Below are positions 1-22,610 of a stretch of DNA of 64,000 bases, piece by piece. Made by a program: the position numbers and the translations under genes. The stretch is from Balanoglossus misakiensis (lineage: Eukaryota; Animalia; Hemichordata): the NCBI GenBank assembly GCA_040954595.2, contig CM082596.2, positions 3,214,925 to 3,278,924 of the forward strand, in the 5' to 3' direction. Numbering within the stretch: the stretch's first letter is position 1; every line of letters begins with the position of its first letter. The notes under the pieces were generated by a model. It was not told the DNA's origin. It saw only the letters and a list, made by a program, of their open reading frames with translations, and searched no databases.

Positions 1-51
1 ACGAACACTGCCAATCAAGCGAGTAATAAGTCAACTGGGAGTAATGAGGAA

Positions 52-2211
52 ATGAAGATCTCTGTGGGACGTGAGGAATTGAAACAGACCGTGTGTCTGC
101 TGGCCTGCAGTCTCGGCGAGAGTGAAGTCAACAAAAAAGATGAAGCCATACTTGACGCTATTCACAGACTTAATCGTATTATAACTCAGGGAGACAAAAT
201 GATTCAGTTTGCTTCACCGTCCCAGCCGGGGCCTTCACCTCAAGAGAGCGACGGGCCGAAGCCGGAGACCGACGTCCCAACGGACAGTCCGATGAGCGAC
301 ATGACAGCCGACGAGTTGTCAGGGCAACTGCAGAATCCCGCCCGTCCTGGGGTCACTATGGTAACCAAAAACGGAGAGATAATGGAGGAGATGCTTCTGG
401 AATGCTATAATGGATCGGACGACACCGACTTGGAGGACTATTATGGGGTACAACCTGAGAGTCGGGAGAGTCTGACGGCGCAACAGAGCAAGCTGTCACA
501 CAGCATCAACTTGCCACCGACTATGAGTAACGGCATCGGATTGACAAGGGGAATGGTGAGCGGGATCATGCATCCCCTCAAGATGTCCAGCCTGTCACGG
601 AGGAAACACGAGAGACAGACTTTCACGTGTTACAAGTGCAAGGAGAGGATTGTCTGCGTGACAAACTTTGAGAAGCACATGATGGAGGCTCACAACATCG
701 GAAAGCCCTGGGAGTGTCGCTTCTGTCCCGGTAGGCGCTTCCACCGACTCATTCTGCTGGAGCACCACTACAACACCATGCACAAGAACAATGGGGAGGG
801 GCGTCGCAAGTACACCCAGAGGCAGTTCATTTGCGACGTCTGCCACGAGGTCGTCACGTACGTGTCCAAGTTCGAGGCCCACATGCTGGAGAAGCACGGC
901 GTACGGAAGCCGTGGAGGTGCGATCAGTGCGTGAACTACGCGGCCGCCACCTACCACCTCTACATGTGGCACGTCCAACAGTACCACCCGAACATCACCA
1001 AGCACCACCTGGAGATCAGCACCGTGGTGAACAACACCGTCAACATCAACAGTACTGGACCTCAGAGCCTGGTCGCCGCCGCCCCCGTGCTGGTCCCGCA
1101 GCGTCCCACCCTCCCCGTCACCCTGCCGGCCAACCAGCCGCGCAGTGTCGAAAGTGAAGCCAAGAACACCGAAGAAGCCGTGATGAAGAGTGCAGACAAC
1201 ATGCCTGGCAGTGCATCGTTGGAAACAGTTTCCGGAGAAGAAAAGGGGTCAGAGATCAAAGATGCTAAAGTCGTGCTTGCGGAGCCAGTGCTGCTTGCAG
1301 CCTCAGTGGCTCAACCACAGGTTCCTCAGGATGAGGAAAAGAATGACGGCGAAGAAGATGAAGAAGAAGACGAAGAAGATGAGGGTGAAGGCGAACTGAT
1401 GATTGCTGAAGATAAAGAGATGGATTTTGCAGACCCAGAGAGACCAGATGATGAGATGCCCATGATGAAAACCGAGGCAACAGAGACTTCCATGCCACAG
1501 AGTCAGAGTCTTGAAAAGATTGAACTGAATGAATGCAGTCCGCAAAACCTGGTTGTCAAACGGGAACCCAACTGGGAGGATGAAGCCAGCGAGGACTCTG
1601 GTTGCCAGGGGGAGGAAAATAACCCCGGCGACGGGGCTAATGGCAACCACGCGGTGCCGAGAAGAAGCTCGGTGGAGCTGGAGATGGAGGACAGTCAAGA
1701 CGAGAACCGGATGGCGTTCATGCCGAACTACCCGCGGAAGTACACCATACGGCGGTTCATCTGTGAACTGTGCGGCGTGGAGATCCGACACACGGCCAAG
1801 TACGAGCGTCACATGTTCGAGATGCACAACGTCACCATGCCCTACAAGTGTAACAAGTGCTCAGGGAAACGCTTCATGAGGCTCATCCAGCTGCAGGTGC
1901 ACGAGGACAAGATGCACAGCCACAAACCGGTGGAGACGCGCCGCAAGTGGACGCAGCGCCAGTTCCAGTGCCCCATCTGCCGCGAGAAGATCACCTACGT
2001 GGCCAAGTACCAGCAGCACATGATCCTGGAGCACGGCGTCATGCGCATGTTCGACTGTCGCGTCTGCGGCCACGCCATGGGACACTATCACCAGTACCAG
2101 GATCACATGAGAACATATCATCCCAACGCCAGCGTCCGTCACTACTCGGAGACAGAGTCGCTCACTAACAGCGGCAGTGCTACGGGTCAAAATAGCGACG
2201 ATGGCACTTAA
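52..2211 (+). CDS. C2H2 zinc-finger protein (8 fingers in two clusters of 4); probably the terminal exon of a longer gene
   Basis: 719-aa ORF with repeated CxxC...HxxxxH fingers (e.g. FTCYKCKERIVCVTNFEKHMMEAH, FICDVCHEVVTYVSKFEAHMLEKH, FQCPICREKITYVAKYQQHMILEH) and an acidic linker. The frame is open back to base 1, so the true start may lie upstream of the window. Confidence 0.88.
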   Translation: MKISVGREELKQTVCLLACSLGESEVNKKDEAILDAIHRLNRIITQGDKMIQFASPSQPGPSPQESDGPKPETDVPTDSPMSDMTADELSGQLQNPARPGVTMVTKNGEIMEEMLLECYNGSDDTDLEDYYGVQPESRESLTAQQSKLSHSINLPPTMSNGIGLTRGMVSGIMHPLKMSSLSRRKHERQTFTCYKCKERIVCVTNFEKHMMEAHNIGKPWECRFCPGRRFHRLILLEHHYNTMHKNNGEGRRKYTQRQFICDVCHEVVTYVSKFEAHMLEKHGVRKPWRCDQCVNYAAATYHLYMWHVQQYHPNITKHHLEISTVVNNTVNINSTGPQSLVAAAPVLVPQRPTLPVTLPANQPRSVESEAKNTEEAVMKSADNMPGSASLETVSGEEKGSEIKDAKVVLAEPVLLAASVAQPQVPQDEEKNDGEEDEEEDEEDEGEGELMIAEDKEMDFADPERPDDEMPMMKTEATETSMPQSQSLEKIELNECSPQNLVVKREPNWEDEASEDSGCQGEENNPGDGANGNHAVPRRSSVELEMEDSQDENRMAFMPNYPRKYTIRRFICELCGVEIRHTAKYERHMFEMHNVTMPYKCNKCSGKRFMRLIQLQVHEDKMHSHKPVETRRKWTQRQFQCPICREKITYVAKYQQHMILEHGVMRMFDCRVCGHAMGHYHQYQDHMRTYHPNASVRHYSETESLTNSGSATGQNSDDGT

Positions 2212-5200
2212 ATCGAAAATCAAGCAAGGAAGTAGAAACCAAGAAAATATCTCAAAACTCCAAAAATTTAAAACCGAACACAAATAGTTGCATATCAGAC
2301 AAATATTGAACTTTTATGGTATTCTGGTTTTTTTTATCTGAGAACATTTTCCTATGCTGCAGACACTGGATTATAACAGTATGGCCACAGCATCTTGTAT
2401 ATGAGAATTATATTTTGTCAAAACCTCGCATTCAGGTGGAATTATTTATAGAGGTCGAGGGCAATATTTAAGACCAAAAGTCAGACTGAGTGCATTCTCA
2501 ATTTTGTCACAGGTTCTGAACATCTCATAGGCCAGTGTCTGATGGCAGACATTAACAGGTTTGTCCCCCAAGTGGCCTATTTCAGATAGATTGGACTTCT
2601 TGTGGCTGATCAGGAGAAATTAACTCTTCCTTCTCATAAAAAAACAAGAGAAACCTGGTGAAGTGGATAGATCACTGATCAAAAAACTTATTATTAAGTT
2701 TTCATATTTTGCCCAATTAATTACCCTCATGGAAAAGAGTACCCATGCAAGTGTGGTTGGTGATGATGTGGTTTCCATCAAATATGCCATGAAGGTGTTT
2801 TACGATCAGGTCTGTTCATCATGCACTCTGTATGATAAACATTGTCACGTTTCATATTATTTAATACTTCTGTGAAGTTTATTTCCTTGCAGAATCATTT
2901 TGACCTTTTCCACACAAACCTTTGACCCATAAAAAAGACCTCTTCCTTTTATTTTTGGTAAAATCCTACTTTCAGAGTTTTTTCATAATTTATCACATTT
3001 GTTTTATACTTTTATCTTTCAATTCTTGTAACCAAGATTTGAAATTTAATTACAGAATAATTTACGAACTGTTGGCGCAATTATAAATCCTATGTTTTCT
3101 GATCCCAATTTTCAAAACATGCTGCACTTTCACAGTCATTTGGATTCTTTCAGTCCACATTTGTCTTCTTTTTCGGAAAAAAAAGTCTTCTATTATAATC
3201 GTAGCGGTAAATTGTAGCGTGAATAGTCAATTTGAACCGTGTGAGTGTGAAAAGCTGGATTGTCGTGATTTCAGTAGAGCAGTGTCAATGAAGTTACATG
3301 GACAAATCTTTGATGTTTTACTCGTAAAAAAGTACTATTAGTGTTTTGTCTGTATCAGTAGGGATAGTGTGCCACTTTCTCGCGGCACAGAATTATGTAA
3401 ACCACACCGCATTTAGTCTGGAATGTTTAATTAACCCTGTGAATTGCCATTGGTTCAATTTAATCATGTGGTCTCCAAGTCTGTATTCTGATTGGTGTGT
3501 TACTTGAATGTGTTAATTAGACACTGTAATCTCTAGCATCTTATTGGCCAGATCCATAACGACATATAAGGTGTGATAAAATATAAGATGTATATTTCCT
3601 AAGACAGGAGTTTGTGTGATATTTAACTCCTTGACTAAATTTACCTCAGTTTTCCACAAAAAAGAGAGAGATGGAGACAGTACTTTCTTCATCTATTTAT
3701 ATGTCTATCTTTATGTTCATAATATCACTATGAACAATAGATGTTTTAAGTCTATATAGTCTTTCAAATATTTAATCTTAGATATCTATACATTTTGTGA
3801 CTTTTGTAACGTGTTCATATACTGGTATATCCCAAGGTTTGTTCCTAGAGAAATATTACCGCACCTTTGTGTTGTACAGCTTGTTTTGTAAAGGACTCTG
3901 CTTTTGCGGTATTTCTTTTTTTCGGGACTGCATCATTACACGTGCATTGCAGCTGAGCTTTGAGTTTTTCTGATGATTGGGAACAGACGGATGTTCGGTC
4001 ACATATGTCCTCTCATGATTTATGGTGTTTTCATGTAGACATTGGCTCATCAGACAGCTGTTATCTGTTCCTAAAAGCATACAATTTTCAGACAGAATCA
4101 CTCGTAAAAGTTTATACTTTAGTGAGGGTGGCATGACATCATGCGCCTTTTGTCTGTGTTCATGTTTCAAGGCAGAGATCTGTAGTTCTGTATCCAGACA
4201 GTTGATAGTATCTATCAGTGATTGGTCGAGAACCACCACAAAATTTACAGGCATGTATCTATCTGTGATTGGTGAAGAACTGTCACATGGCATATCACCA
4301 TGACGATATATGCATGTCAGTATGGTCCATTCACAGTTTCAAACATGTGCACTGTGAACAAAACTTTAATATAACTGTGAAATTCATGTATGTAATTCTA
4401 CCTTTTACATATGAGAAACCAAAAGGAATGTTCAGAGCTCAGCTACAACTGCACTTAGGGTTTAATTAATACCTGGCCTGATGGGTAGGGGCCCAGGTCT
4501 TGAGTACTGTATCACAGGGACCTATCTAACATGCTTCTTATACCCTGCCCCCAAACAGTGACAAACACAACACTTATGAATAGACTGTGACTTATTAGAT
4601 CTATTGATATGAATGTGGAAAAGGAAAGGTATTTCATGGAAAGCCTTGACATTTCCTCCTACAAAATATTTGAAATTGTAACCCGATGAACCTGCATAAT
4701 ATTTATTACAGTTGATGAATCTGTTCATGGGTCACCTAGAGAAATGGGTTTATAGTCATCACGATTAACATGTCAAGTTGGATTTGCATTCATGGCAAGA
4801 TATCTCGCTTGTGATGATAGGGATCTAATAATATTGTAAATCACGAGTCACTTTTATATTAAAAAGTGTCGCGTTTGTCACGTTTGGTGGTGCGTTCCCA
4901 CAAATCAAACTGCAGACTCCACGGCCCTCGTTTTCTAGCAGATTGGCAAGCCGAGTGGAAAATAACTTTCGTCCAAAAAATGCTGGCATTAGCTGTATTG
5001 CAAGGCGATGGTGAATTTGATAAGTGATGATCTCTTGACAGGGGGCAATAATTCTTACTACATAAGGGGGAGGTTTCACTGCAGTCAGAGAGATCTATGT
5101 CATCGGAGGTTTTTTTGTGACCTCTTGCAAAACAGTGGGTTGTCTCCATCTTTGTAATGATTCATAAAACACACAACCATAGCATAGGAGATGATAAATT

Positions 5201-8200
5201 TAGATATAAAAAACATTACATTGCTCTGACGAAAGTAAGAAAATTTTATCTTAATTTTCCACCCAGTTGTCTGGTGTCTCAATTCAAGAGATATTTTAAA
5301 TGTGTTTTCTGTTGTGATAATAGCTTTGCGAACAAAATGGTATCGTAGTCAGATAGCGTTGTTAATGAGCACAGTTTACAGCCACATAAATCTTGCCCTG
5401 TTGCCATGGCAGCAAGTGCAGTATCTTTGTGCGTGGGTTAATGGTTGTGTTAACTGTATGTGGAAAGTCTTGAGGAAAAGAAGTTGTCTTATGCTGCAAC
5501 ATGATTTAGATTTGGGGCATGCCAACCCCTGTTGTAATGATTTAGAGCAGATGAATTTTGCAGAGCACCTTTGAAGAAAATCAGTCATCCATATTTCTTC
5601 CGGCTAGGATATTAAAATGGTTCAAACAAATTGCAGAATAGAAATTCTATAAATACATGACATAAGGTCATGTTCTTTGCTGGATAGATACAATTGCCAT
5701 TTTTCATGAAATGAACCTGTTTTCACCCATCGCACATACATACTGTGCTTGCTGTCTCTCACATTGAAATAAAAAAATAATAATAAAAAAACACCCTGAA
5801 TGTACAGTTAATTAGTAACCATTGTCTTTGCCATCAAGTTGATGTATTTATTTAATTACTGAGTGTAATGTAATTGATGTTGGCAGTATATATGTTATTG
5901 TACAAAACACAACTAAGTTATTGAAAAATTTAATAGATATAGAACCAAGAGTCTGTTATTGTCAAATTTTAATTTACATTTTGTACTAGTGCCATGTATT
6001 TTAACAATATTTATAACTCAATTTATACTTATAGTGGTTGGACTATTTATTTGATATTTATATGGTTTCTTCAATGTTTTAGGACCATTTATTCTGTCTC
6101 ACTTCATATATATACTGGTACATAACCAAGAATGCCATATGTAAAGCTGCATTGACTGTATACAGTACATACTTGAGTTTGCTTTGTGTAATCTTTCAAA
6201 AGCGTTTTTAAGGTCCTTATTTCAGTGATGCATAGAATGATCTGTGCGCATCTTCCATGAACCTTTGTGTGGATTCCAAGCCTGTGGGATTGTGTACTTT
6301 TCCGAGTGGCATGCTTCTTCTCACTTCAGTGGGAAAGAAATCATGCGGAAAAATCGCTGGAGTTAGGTGATGTGTACACGCGAGCAGTCTGGATCGAGGG
6401 CATGGTGAACTTGTCAAACATTCTGATTTCTTGCATGATTGATGGCCGTAGGAAATGAAAGTGGCCGTAGTGACTTTTAAATTGGAAAGAGTTAGTGGCG
6501 TGGAACGAATTTTGTTTTCCATCAAGGGAGGATGATGGCAATCGAAGCTTCAGAGGCACAATATTCGATTAGAAAACAGAAAGTAGGTGGCCACTGCAAC
6601 AGGCAATGTATATGATTGTGCTTGACTTGTTAGAACTGTTTCACCACCCTCTTTTGGTCTCTGGTTTGAAGTTTAGAACTGGGCCTCTCAGATCATTCGG
6701 ATGCCTTCTTAGAATTTAGCAAGACATGGCTTGGAACTCCAAAGGTTCATGAGAAGTCTAACTTTGCAGATAAAGACAGGAAAGCTTAGTTTTATTCCCA
6801 GTGTAATGTACAGAATGCCATGGCAGTTTTGGGCTGTTGCAACTATCTTTCACATACATGTATCTGTGGTAAAAAAGCTCACTGTTTGTATTTATCTACC
6901 AGATGGGATTGATGAATGTCCACGAGATAAATTCAAGAAATCCTTAACCCCAGGAAAAAAATCATAAAATACTTTAACAGCACGTTTTTGTGAGAGTTCA
7001 ACTATACTGGTTACCACTGTGCGTGGTATTTGCCAACTTTAAATCTCATTAATCAGAGACAAGAGGTAAAACATACCCATAAATTGCACATCTCGAAACA
7101 TTTTTGACTGCATATTTTGTATGATTTATAGTAATACAAAAATGTATCTGTTCAAGTTATTCATGTGAAGTCTTAAACACATTTCCATGCAGACAGAACA
7201 CTTTGAAATTTGAAGTTAAGTCTGGAAAATTCAGATTGACACCACTTGCTGTGATTTTCTTGCTTGTAATGTGAAAGATGATGCAACAGCCCAGATTCTG
7301 TGTCTCATTAAGTAACTTAGAGTAATACATGTGCCTATTGCAAAGTCAAGTCCATTAGATTGCAATAGGCACATGTGAATACTCACAGAACGTGCATTCT
7401 TGTGAGCATTATCGCGTCTTTGAGAACACCACAAAATGTATACATTATGCTGCTTTTTAATGTTTTAAAATGAGTAGTACTTTCTGAGAACAACTCCTTC
7501 CACCAGTCGGAATCTTTTTACAAATTCTCTTGCGGTCTGATTGACAAAGCCCCTGGACTCTGTGATTTTGATGCAATAACAGGTTCTGTTATTAGCAAAG
7601 TTTCATTTAAACAATGAATTGACTTTTTCACTTTAGCAGTATAGAATATAAGAATCTCCATGATATTCTCATCCCCCTCAGATATACAGTGTTCACCAAA
7701 GCAACCATGATAATTATTGCCTGAGCCACGATTATTATGTGGCTATGCAGCTCAGGTGCAGGGAGAAGTTTGCTTTGGAAGCCTTGATCCACAGATTACA
7801 AAAATAACCGTCCATCACAAGAAAAAGAATCAGTTAAAGTCAAAATTTCAGAGTATCGTCTCACTAGAATTGAGCATCATATTCTTCAGGGGCTCTTTAT
7901 ATTTTTTTTCTGTCCAGAGTGAGAAACAAGTTTGCAGGAATGGAAGTTTTGTCAAACAGATTATAGATGTTTTAGTAGTTCTAGAGCTTCCAACTATATT
8001 TATTTGATGTGTTTTGTAATTTGGTAACAAACGTATCATTTACCAGAATTGACTGCGAGATAATATTATACCAGATAATTCATGGGTCTTTCCATATCAC
8101 TCTGTCATTTTGAACTGATTAGTCAAATCATCCTTTAATATTTGGAACAGTCTTTAAGTCCCTGTTTCATCACATCAGCCCAGAAAATCCTGACTGTATC

Positions 8201-8253
8201 CATTACATGTATTTTTTTTTAAGTTTAAAAGTTTTTCTCTGCTTCCAGATTAA

Positions 8254-8310
8254 GCATCGCCCTCTAGAGTCAAGTTCGTATTTGTAAGTGTGTCCTCTAG
8301 AGGGCGATGC
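8254..8310. repeat. Perfect 16-bp inverted repeat with 25-bp spacer
   Basis: GCATCGCCCTCTAGAG (8254-8269) and its exact reverse complement CTCTAGAGGGCGATGC (8295-8310). Confidence 0.85.
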
Positions 8311-8574
8311 CATGTTCAGTGCATTCGCTTCCAAGTTTTGTTACCTTAATACATGAAGTTGAAATTTCCCAAACTCATACATGAAGATATTTTTATTCAG
8401 TTGTTTTCTTTTATGTTTGTATTTCACATCAGATTGATTTCCTGTCAACCGTCAGCATGATGAATGTTGTGACTAGTTGATTGTGCAATTTCTACTTTCG
8501 ATTACATGCATTGTCAAGTATGGATGGATTTTTATCAATAAACAAACTCAGTATACACCACACAAAAATCTATT

Positions 8575-8956
8575 GAGGTTCTTACGTTTTACAGCCCAAA
8601 AAGTTAAAAAAATAATTGAGGTTCTAGCTTACAAAGTCATAGTTTTAGTTGATGCGATGATAATTTGTCATTTTTAATTAACAGTTATCGTAATTTATCT
8701 CTCCGATATCATCAAGGTTCTTAAATACGATTTTATACGCGTGGCCGAGGTTCTTAACAAAAGTCGAGGTTCTTACGTTTTACAGCCCAAAAAGTTTACA
8801 AAGTCTTAATTACCGAAAAATCGTGGTTCTTACGTTATTCAGCCTACAAAGTCAAAAATTTTCAAGGTTCTAGCTTACAAAGTCATAGTTTTAGTCGATG
8901 CGATGATAATTTCCCATTATTAATTAACAGTTATCGTAATTTATCTCTCCGATATC
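8575..8956. repeat. Local direct duplication upstream of PTPN23
   Basis: GAGGTTCTTACGTTTTACAGCCCAAAAAGTT occurs at ~8576 and ~8765. The ~90-bp block GGTTCTAGCTTACAAAGTCATAGTTTTAG...GTTATCGTAATTTATCTCTCCGATATC occurs at ~8620-8710 and ~8866-8956. Confidence 0.8.
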
Positions 8957-8958
8957 TC

Positions 8959-8990
<32 letters not shown>
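8959..8990. repeat. (GAT)n microsatellite just upstream of the PTPN23 start
   Basis: About 10 GAT units read directly. Confidence 0.9.
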
Positions 8991-9076
8991 CCTTCGAACT
9001 CTCTCTACTTCACTCTCGAATTTTCTCACGGGAAGGTTACCCATGACGTCATTCCGCGAGACTTCAACCAACCAAG

Positions 9077-18981
<9,905 letters not shown>

Positions 18982-20674
18982 ACTTACCATTCATTCTATT
19001 ATAATTGTGAGTAACCCCCACTTTTATATTCTCTTTACAAGAACCCTGGAAATTTACATTATATTAAACAAAATTCTAGGGACAGATGAATTTATGCATT
19101 ACAAAAAAATAGATTTTTTTAAAGCGTAATTATTCGTTGAGCAAATTGAAAATGATTTACATATACCTACTGACAATTAATCACCAGAATTTAGAAAAAT
19201 CACCTTTATTTTGTTGCTTGTAACTTTGCGTACACAAGTTGAATCTATGGTTCTGTAAAGCGAAGCATTAGTCACAAGATACTTGCAGCTTAATATTCTC
19301 CAGAACAAAATGATATCTCATACTTATCCATGACACGCCATAGAAGACTAACTTATACATATGAACGCTTAAAATTACAAGGCCACCTATGCAAATCTAG
19401 CCACGCAAGGATAGTTGAGCTCTTGCCAATCACAGATTTTCTATTGTGGCCATGTGAAAAAGTGCTCCACCACAGTGTGATTGGTGCCCTCTTGATAAAA
19501 AAGATCTAGACACTCATGGTATCAGATTATTTTCATTTTATATTTTATATGTTTATTGAAATTTGATTTTTGTATACTCAGTATTTTTTGCTGTGTTAGC
19601 CTTGTTTAGCATCAAACTGCAATTTATGATTTTGATCAAGATACTGGGCGCTATCTCAAATCAAGAAGTCCCAAAATTTTAACCAGACATGATAAAAAAT
19701 ATGTGGCTCCCATATTCAAGAAGACAGGATTGTGACTACCATATACAAGTTAGAATGAAAACTAAAACGTAGTTTGAAAAATACCGAGTTTCTTATTATT
19801 TGGCATTACATTTATGCATGTAAGTACTTAAATTGTAACTCAGCATAAGTTTTTTACTGGTGGGTTATAATCTTTGATCATTATGCCATGTTCTCCTTTT
19901 GTGTGGGTCCAGTTATGGCTAATATTTTGCTTTATGTTATAAACATCACTAGTGAAACAAAAAATCACTACTTTTAAATGGATGTATTCTGGTCGTCGGA
20001 ACAACTATTTATTTGTTTGTTTACCTTAGTGATGACGTGTAGTCAGAATAAATGTCACTAGTTGGTGATGGCATGAAAGGGTCATGCTTCTCTCAGCATT
20101 CTCCAACCAGATTTGGATTCCGGATTGAATGTCACAGGCAAACACTAATGCAATGATTTTCATCTTTACCAAAAGTCATTTCTTCCCAAAATGTGTAAAT
20201 ACCAAAGAGCACTTGGAACTCTTCTATATTGTGACATTATTGCTGTACGTGCTTGTAATATGTACATGGCATAACTGGATGTCAACAAATTTTCAAATAA
20301 CTGTTCTATGAGAAGAGTTATTCTTCAACCATTAAAATAATCCATTCAAATTAAATAGCATATGTCTAGTTCACAGCACTTTTTCCTCTATCTACATAAC
20401 TTTTATGTAAATAACACTCTTTTTTGGATGTCTGTACTTGTTATTAGAAAACCAGTCTGAAGTAGTGACATTTGTTTCTATGTGCAGTCACAATTTGTTT
20501 GCTCCTATAACATCTTGCGTACTTCTGTGAAAACGTGCAATATGTATTTCCTAATTACTATATGATAATAAAGTCTTAATAAAAAAGATATGAATCCTTA
20601 CTGAAGTTACATTGTCTTTTTTATGAAATGCATAACATTTTTGGGATGAAACGTTATAATAACAATCCCTGCGT

Positions 20675-22610
20675 TTACTCCACAAATTCGTCAGGTTCAT
20701 CGAAGTATAAATCATATCTCAAAGTCGATTGCAAAACTGGAGTCAGTTCAATCCCATGTCGGACTCCCAGTTGGGCTATTTTTCTTTTTATTTCTTCATT
20801 CGCCTTTGTGAGAATATCCAACATATGAAACCTGCCACACAATCTCTCCAGAGCCTGGATAACTGTCCGCAAATAGCTAATTGAGCGCCCCCTAGAGCCA
20901 GTTTCACGTGGTAAGTGCGCATAGCCGAGGAGAAAATCAGCCTCGTTCGGGATGACGTCTATAGATGTCATCAGAGTTAGTAAGTCGTCATCTGCTGGTG
21001 TAACCGATGACGGTTCTCCGCGGGGCCCGTAATCGTCAATCGGACGTGTCTCTACCAGAAAGACCTTTGGTTTTCCGGCCAAATTTGTGGAATTCGCCTC
21101 GGCGAATATTTCCGTGAGATTCCGAAAACTGACGCCTACTCCATCCACGCCCATCAGTCGGCCAAAAGTTCCTTGGGAGAGGATGCATACGAGAAGGCAG
21201 TCGTGGAAAGAGTGGTCTTCGAGATTCAAGTTTCTCAACGAGCCGATCAGATCCAGCGATGTTAAGTTTTTCATCACTCTGACGCTGAAGCCCATGCTGG
21301 AAAGTATACTGCGAATAATGCCTGAAATAAATGAAAACAATGTAATGTACAAAACACGAGTTACATCTGCCCCCTCTCCATCTACATCTCCACATGCGCA
21401 TATTGAACAAAGTCTGCAAAAAGTCATGCTAAACGTATAATAGACTCGCAAAAATAACGCGATTTCATACACAGAACACGCCTGCTTATTTAGAACATGT
21501 ACATGAACTTTAATACACACTCAAACTGTGAGTACTTTAGGCCTTAGAGATGTACGTAGCCTGGGCCTCCGGGGATTGTGGAGTTAAAGGTCAATGACCT
21601 GACGTGACCTTACACCCCATAAACACCGTCACGTGATCACTTCTGCAGACATACACGTCCCTGCAAAGTTGCTTGTTTTCACATACAAGTCCGTGGTACT
21701 CACCTAATTCGGACCGGAAGACATCACCGCTAGACTTGGCATCAGATTCACTGTCATATTCGTAATTATAGACTATCACAGCCGCGCCACACGGATGGCT
21801 GTCCATCGTATAGCACGGAACTTGGGAACCGGACTGCCATTCTCGCATCTCCATTCTCCCGTTCTTCGTCCGAGCTGAGTCGACCGTCCGTTCCAGTTTT
21901 TGGATCGCTGGAATCCCCTTCTGTATCGCGTCTTGATACTCCGTGATAAGCAAGTTCTCTTCGAAGTGGACATCTTTCAAGCCGCCCAAGTTACTGCACA
22001 GAGAAGCAGGTAAGATCCTCAAACGATTTTCTTCCACGCGAAGTTCTTCTAGCCCTTTCATTTCCCCCAGCGTGTACGGGAGCCAGTCCAACTTATTGTT
22101 GTTCAGCCACAATACCTTCAGGTTCTTCATTTTTCCAATTCCCCTCGGTAAACTGGTTAGTCCGTTGTTGCTCAGGAATAGCTTTTCCAGCCCTTGCATG
22201 TCGGTGCTCAGCAGGCTGTCGGGGAATTCTGTGAACTTGTTGTCTGATACGTCCAGGTAACGGAGTTTTGATAACCGACCTATCGAAGCTGGTAGCGTCT
22301 TCAGCCTATTGGTCCCCAAGTAAAGCCTCACCAGTTCCCCCAGTCCCGAAACGACGTCGGGAAATTCCTCAAAGTGATTGTTTTCCAAGAATAACCATCT
22401 CAGTTTGTCTAGTTTGGATACGTCACTGGGAAGTGATTTTAAGCGATTGACGTTCAAGTTCATCCACTGTAGTTCTGTCAGGGTGCACACCTGTAGTGGT
22501 AGGCTTGTGAGGTTACGGTAATTCAGATCCACGCGGAGATCGTACGCTTTTCCCCGGTAAGGGTTGATGTTCAGAGCCGTCAGTTCTCGCTCTATCTTAG
22601 CCTTGGTCAT
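20675..22610 (-). CDS. L1: LRR protein (9 repeats) fused to a catalytically inactive caspase-like (peptidase C14) domain, ~517 aa, 2 exons
   Basis: Exons 22610-21704 and 21321-20675, separated by a GT-AG phase-1 intron; total length is divisible by 3. LRRs follow LxxLxLxxNxLxxLP. Caspase motifs YTMDSHPCGAAVIVYN, MGFSV, DCLLVCILSQG, LAGKPKVFLVETR, IPNEADFLLGYA and STLRYDLYF are present. Confidence 0.88.

Noticed and set aside
2212-8200. Short ORFs downstream of the zinc-finger gene
   Set aside because: AT-rich with no domain signatures; consistent with a long 3'UTR or intergenic DNA.
8575-8956. Repeats with spacers resembling a CRISPR array
   Set aside because: The context is eukaryotic, unit length is irregular, whole blocks are duplicated rather than separated by unique spacers, and there are no cas genes.
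20675-21520. Stand-alone 281-aa caspase ORF or an active caspase-8 orthologue
   Set aside because: The first ~65 codons are intronic, the start of the caspase fold lies in the upstream LRR exon, the catalytic His and Cys are absent, and there are no DEDs.
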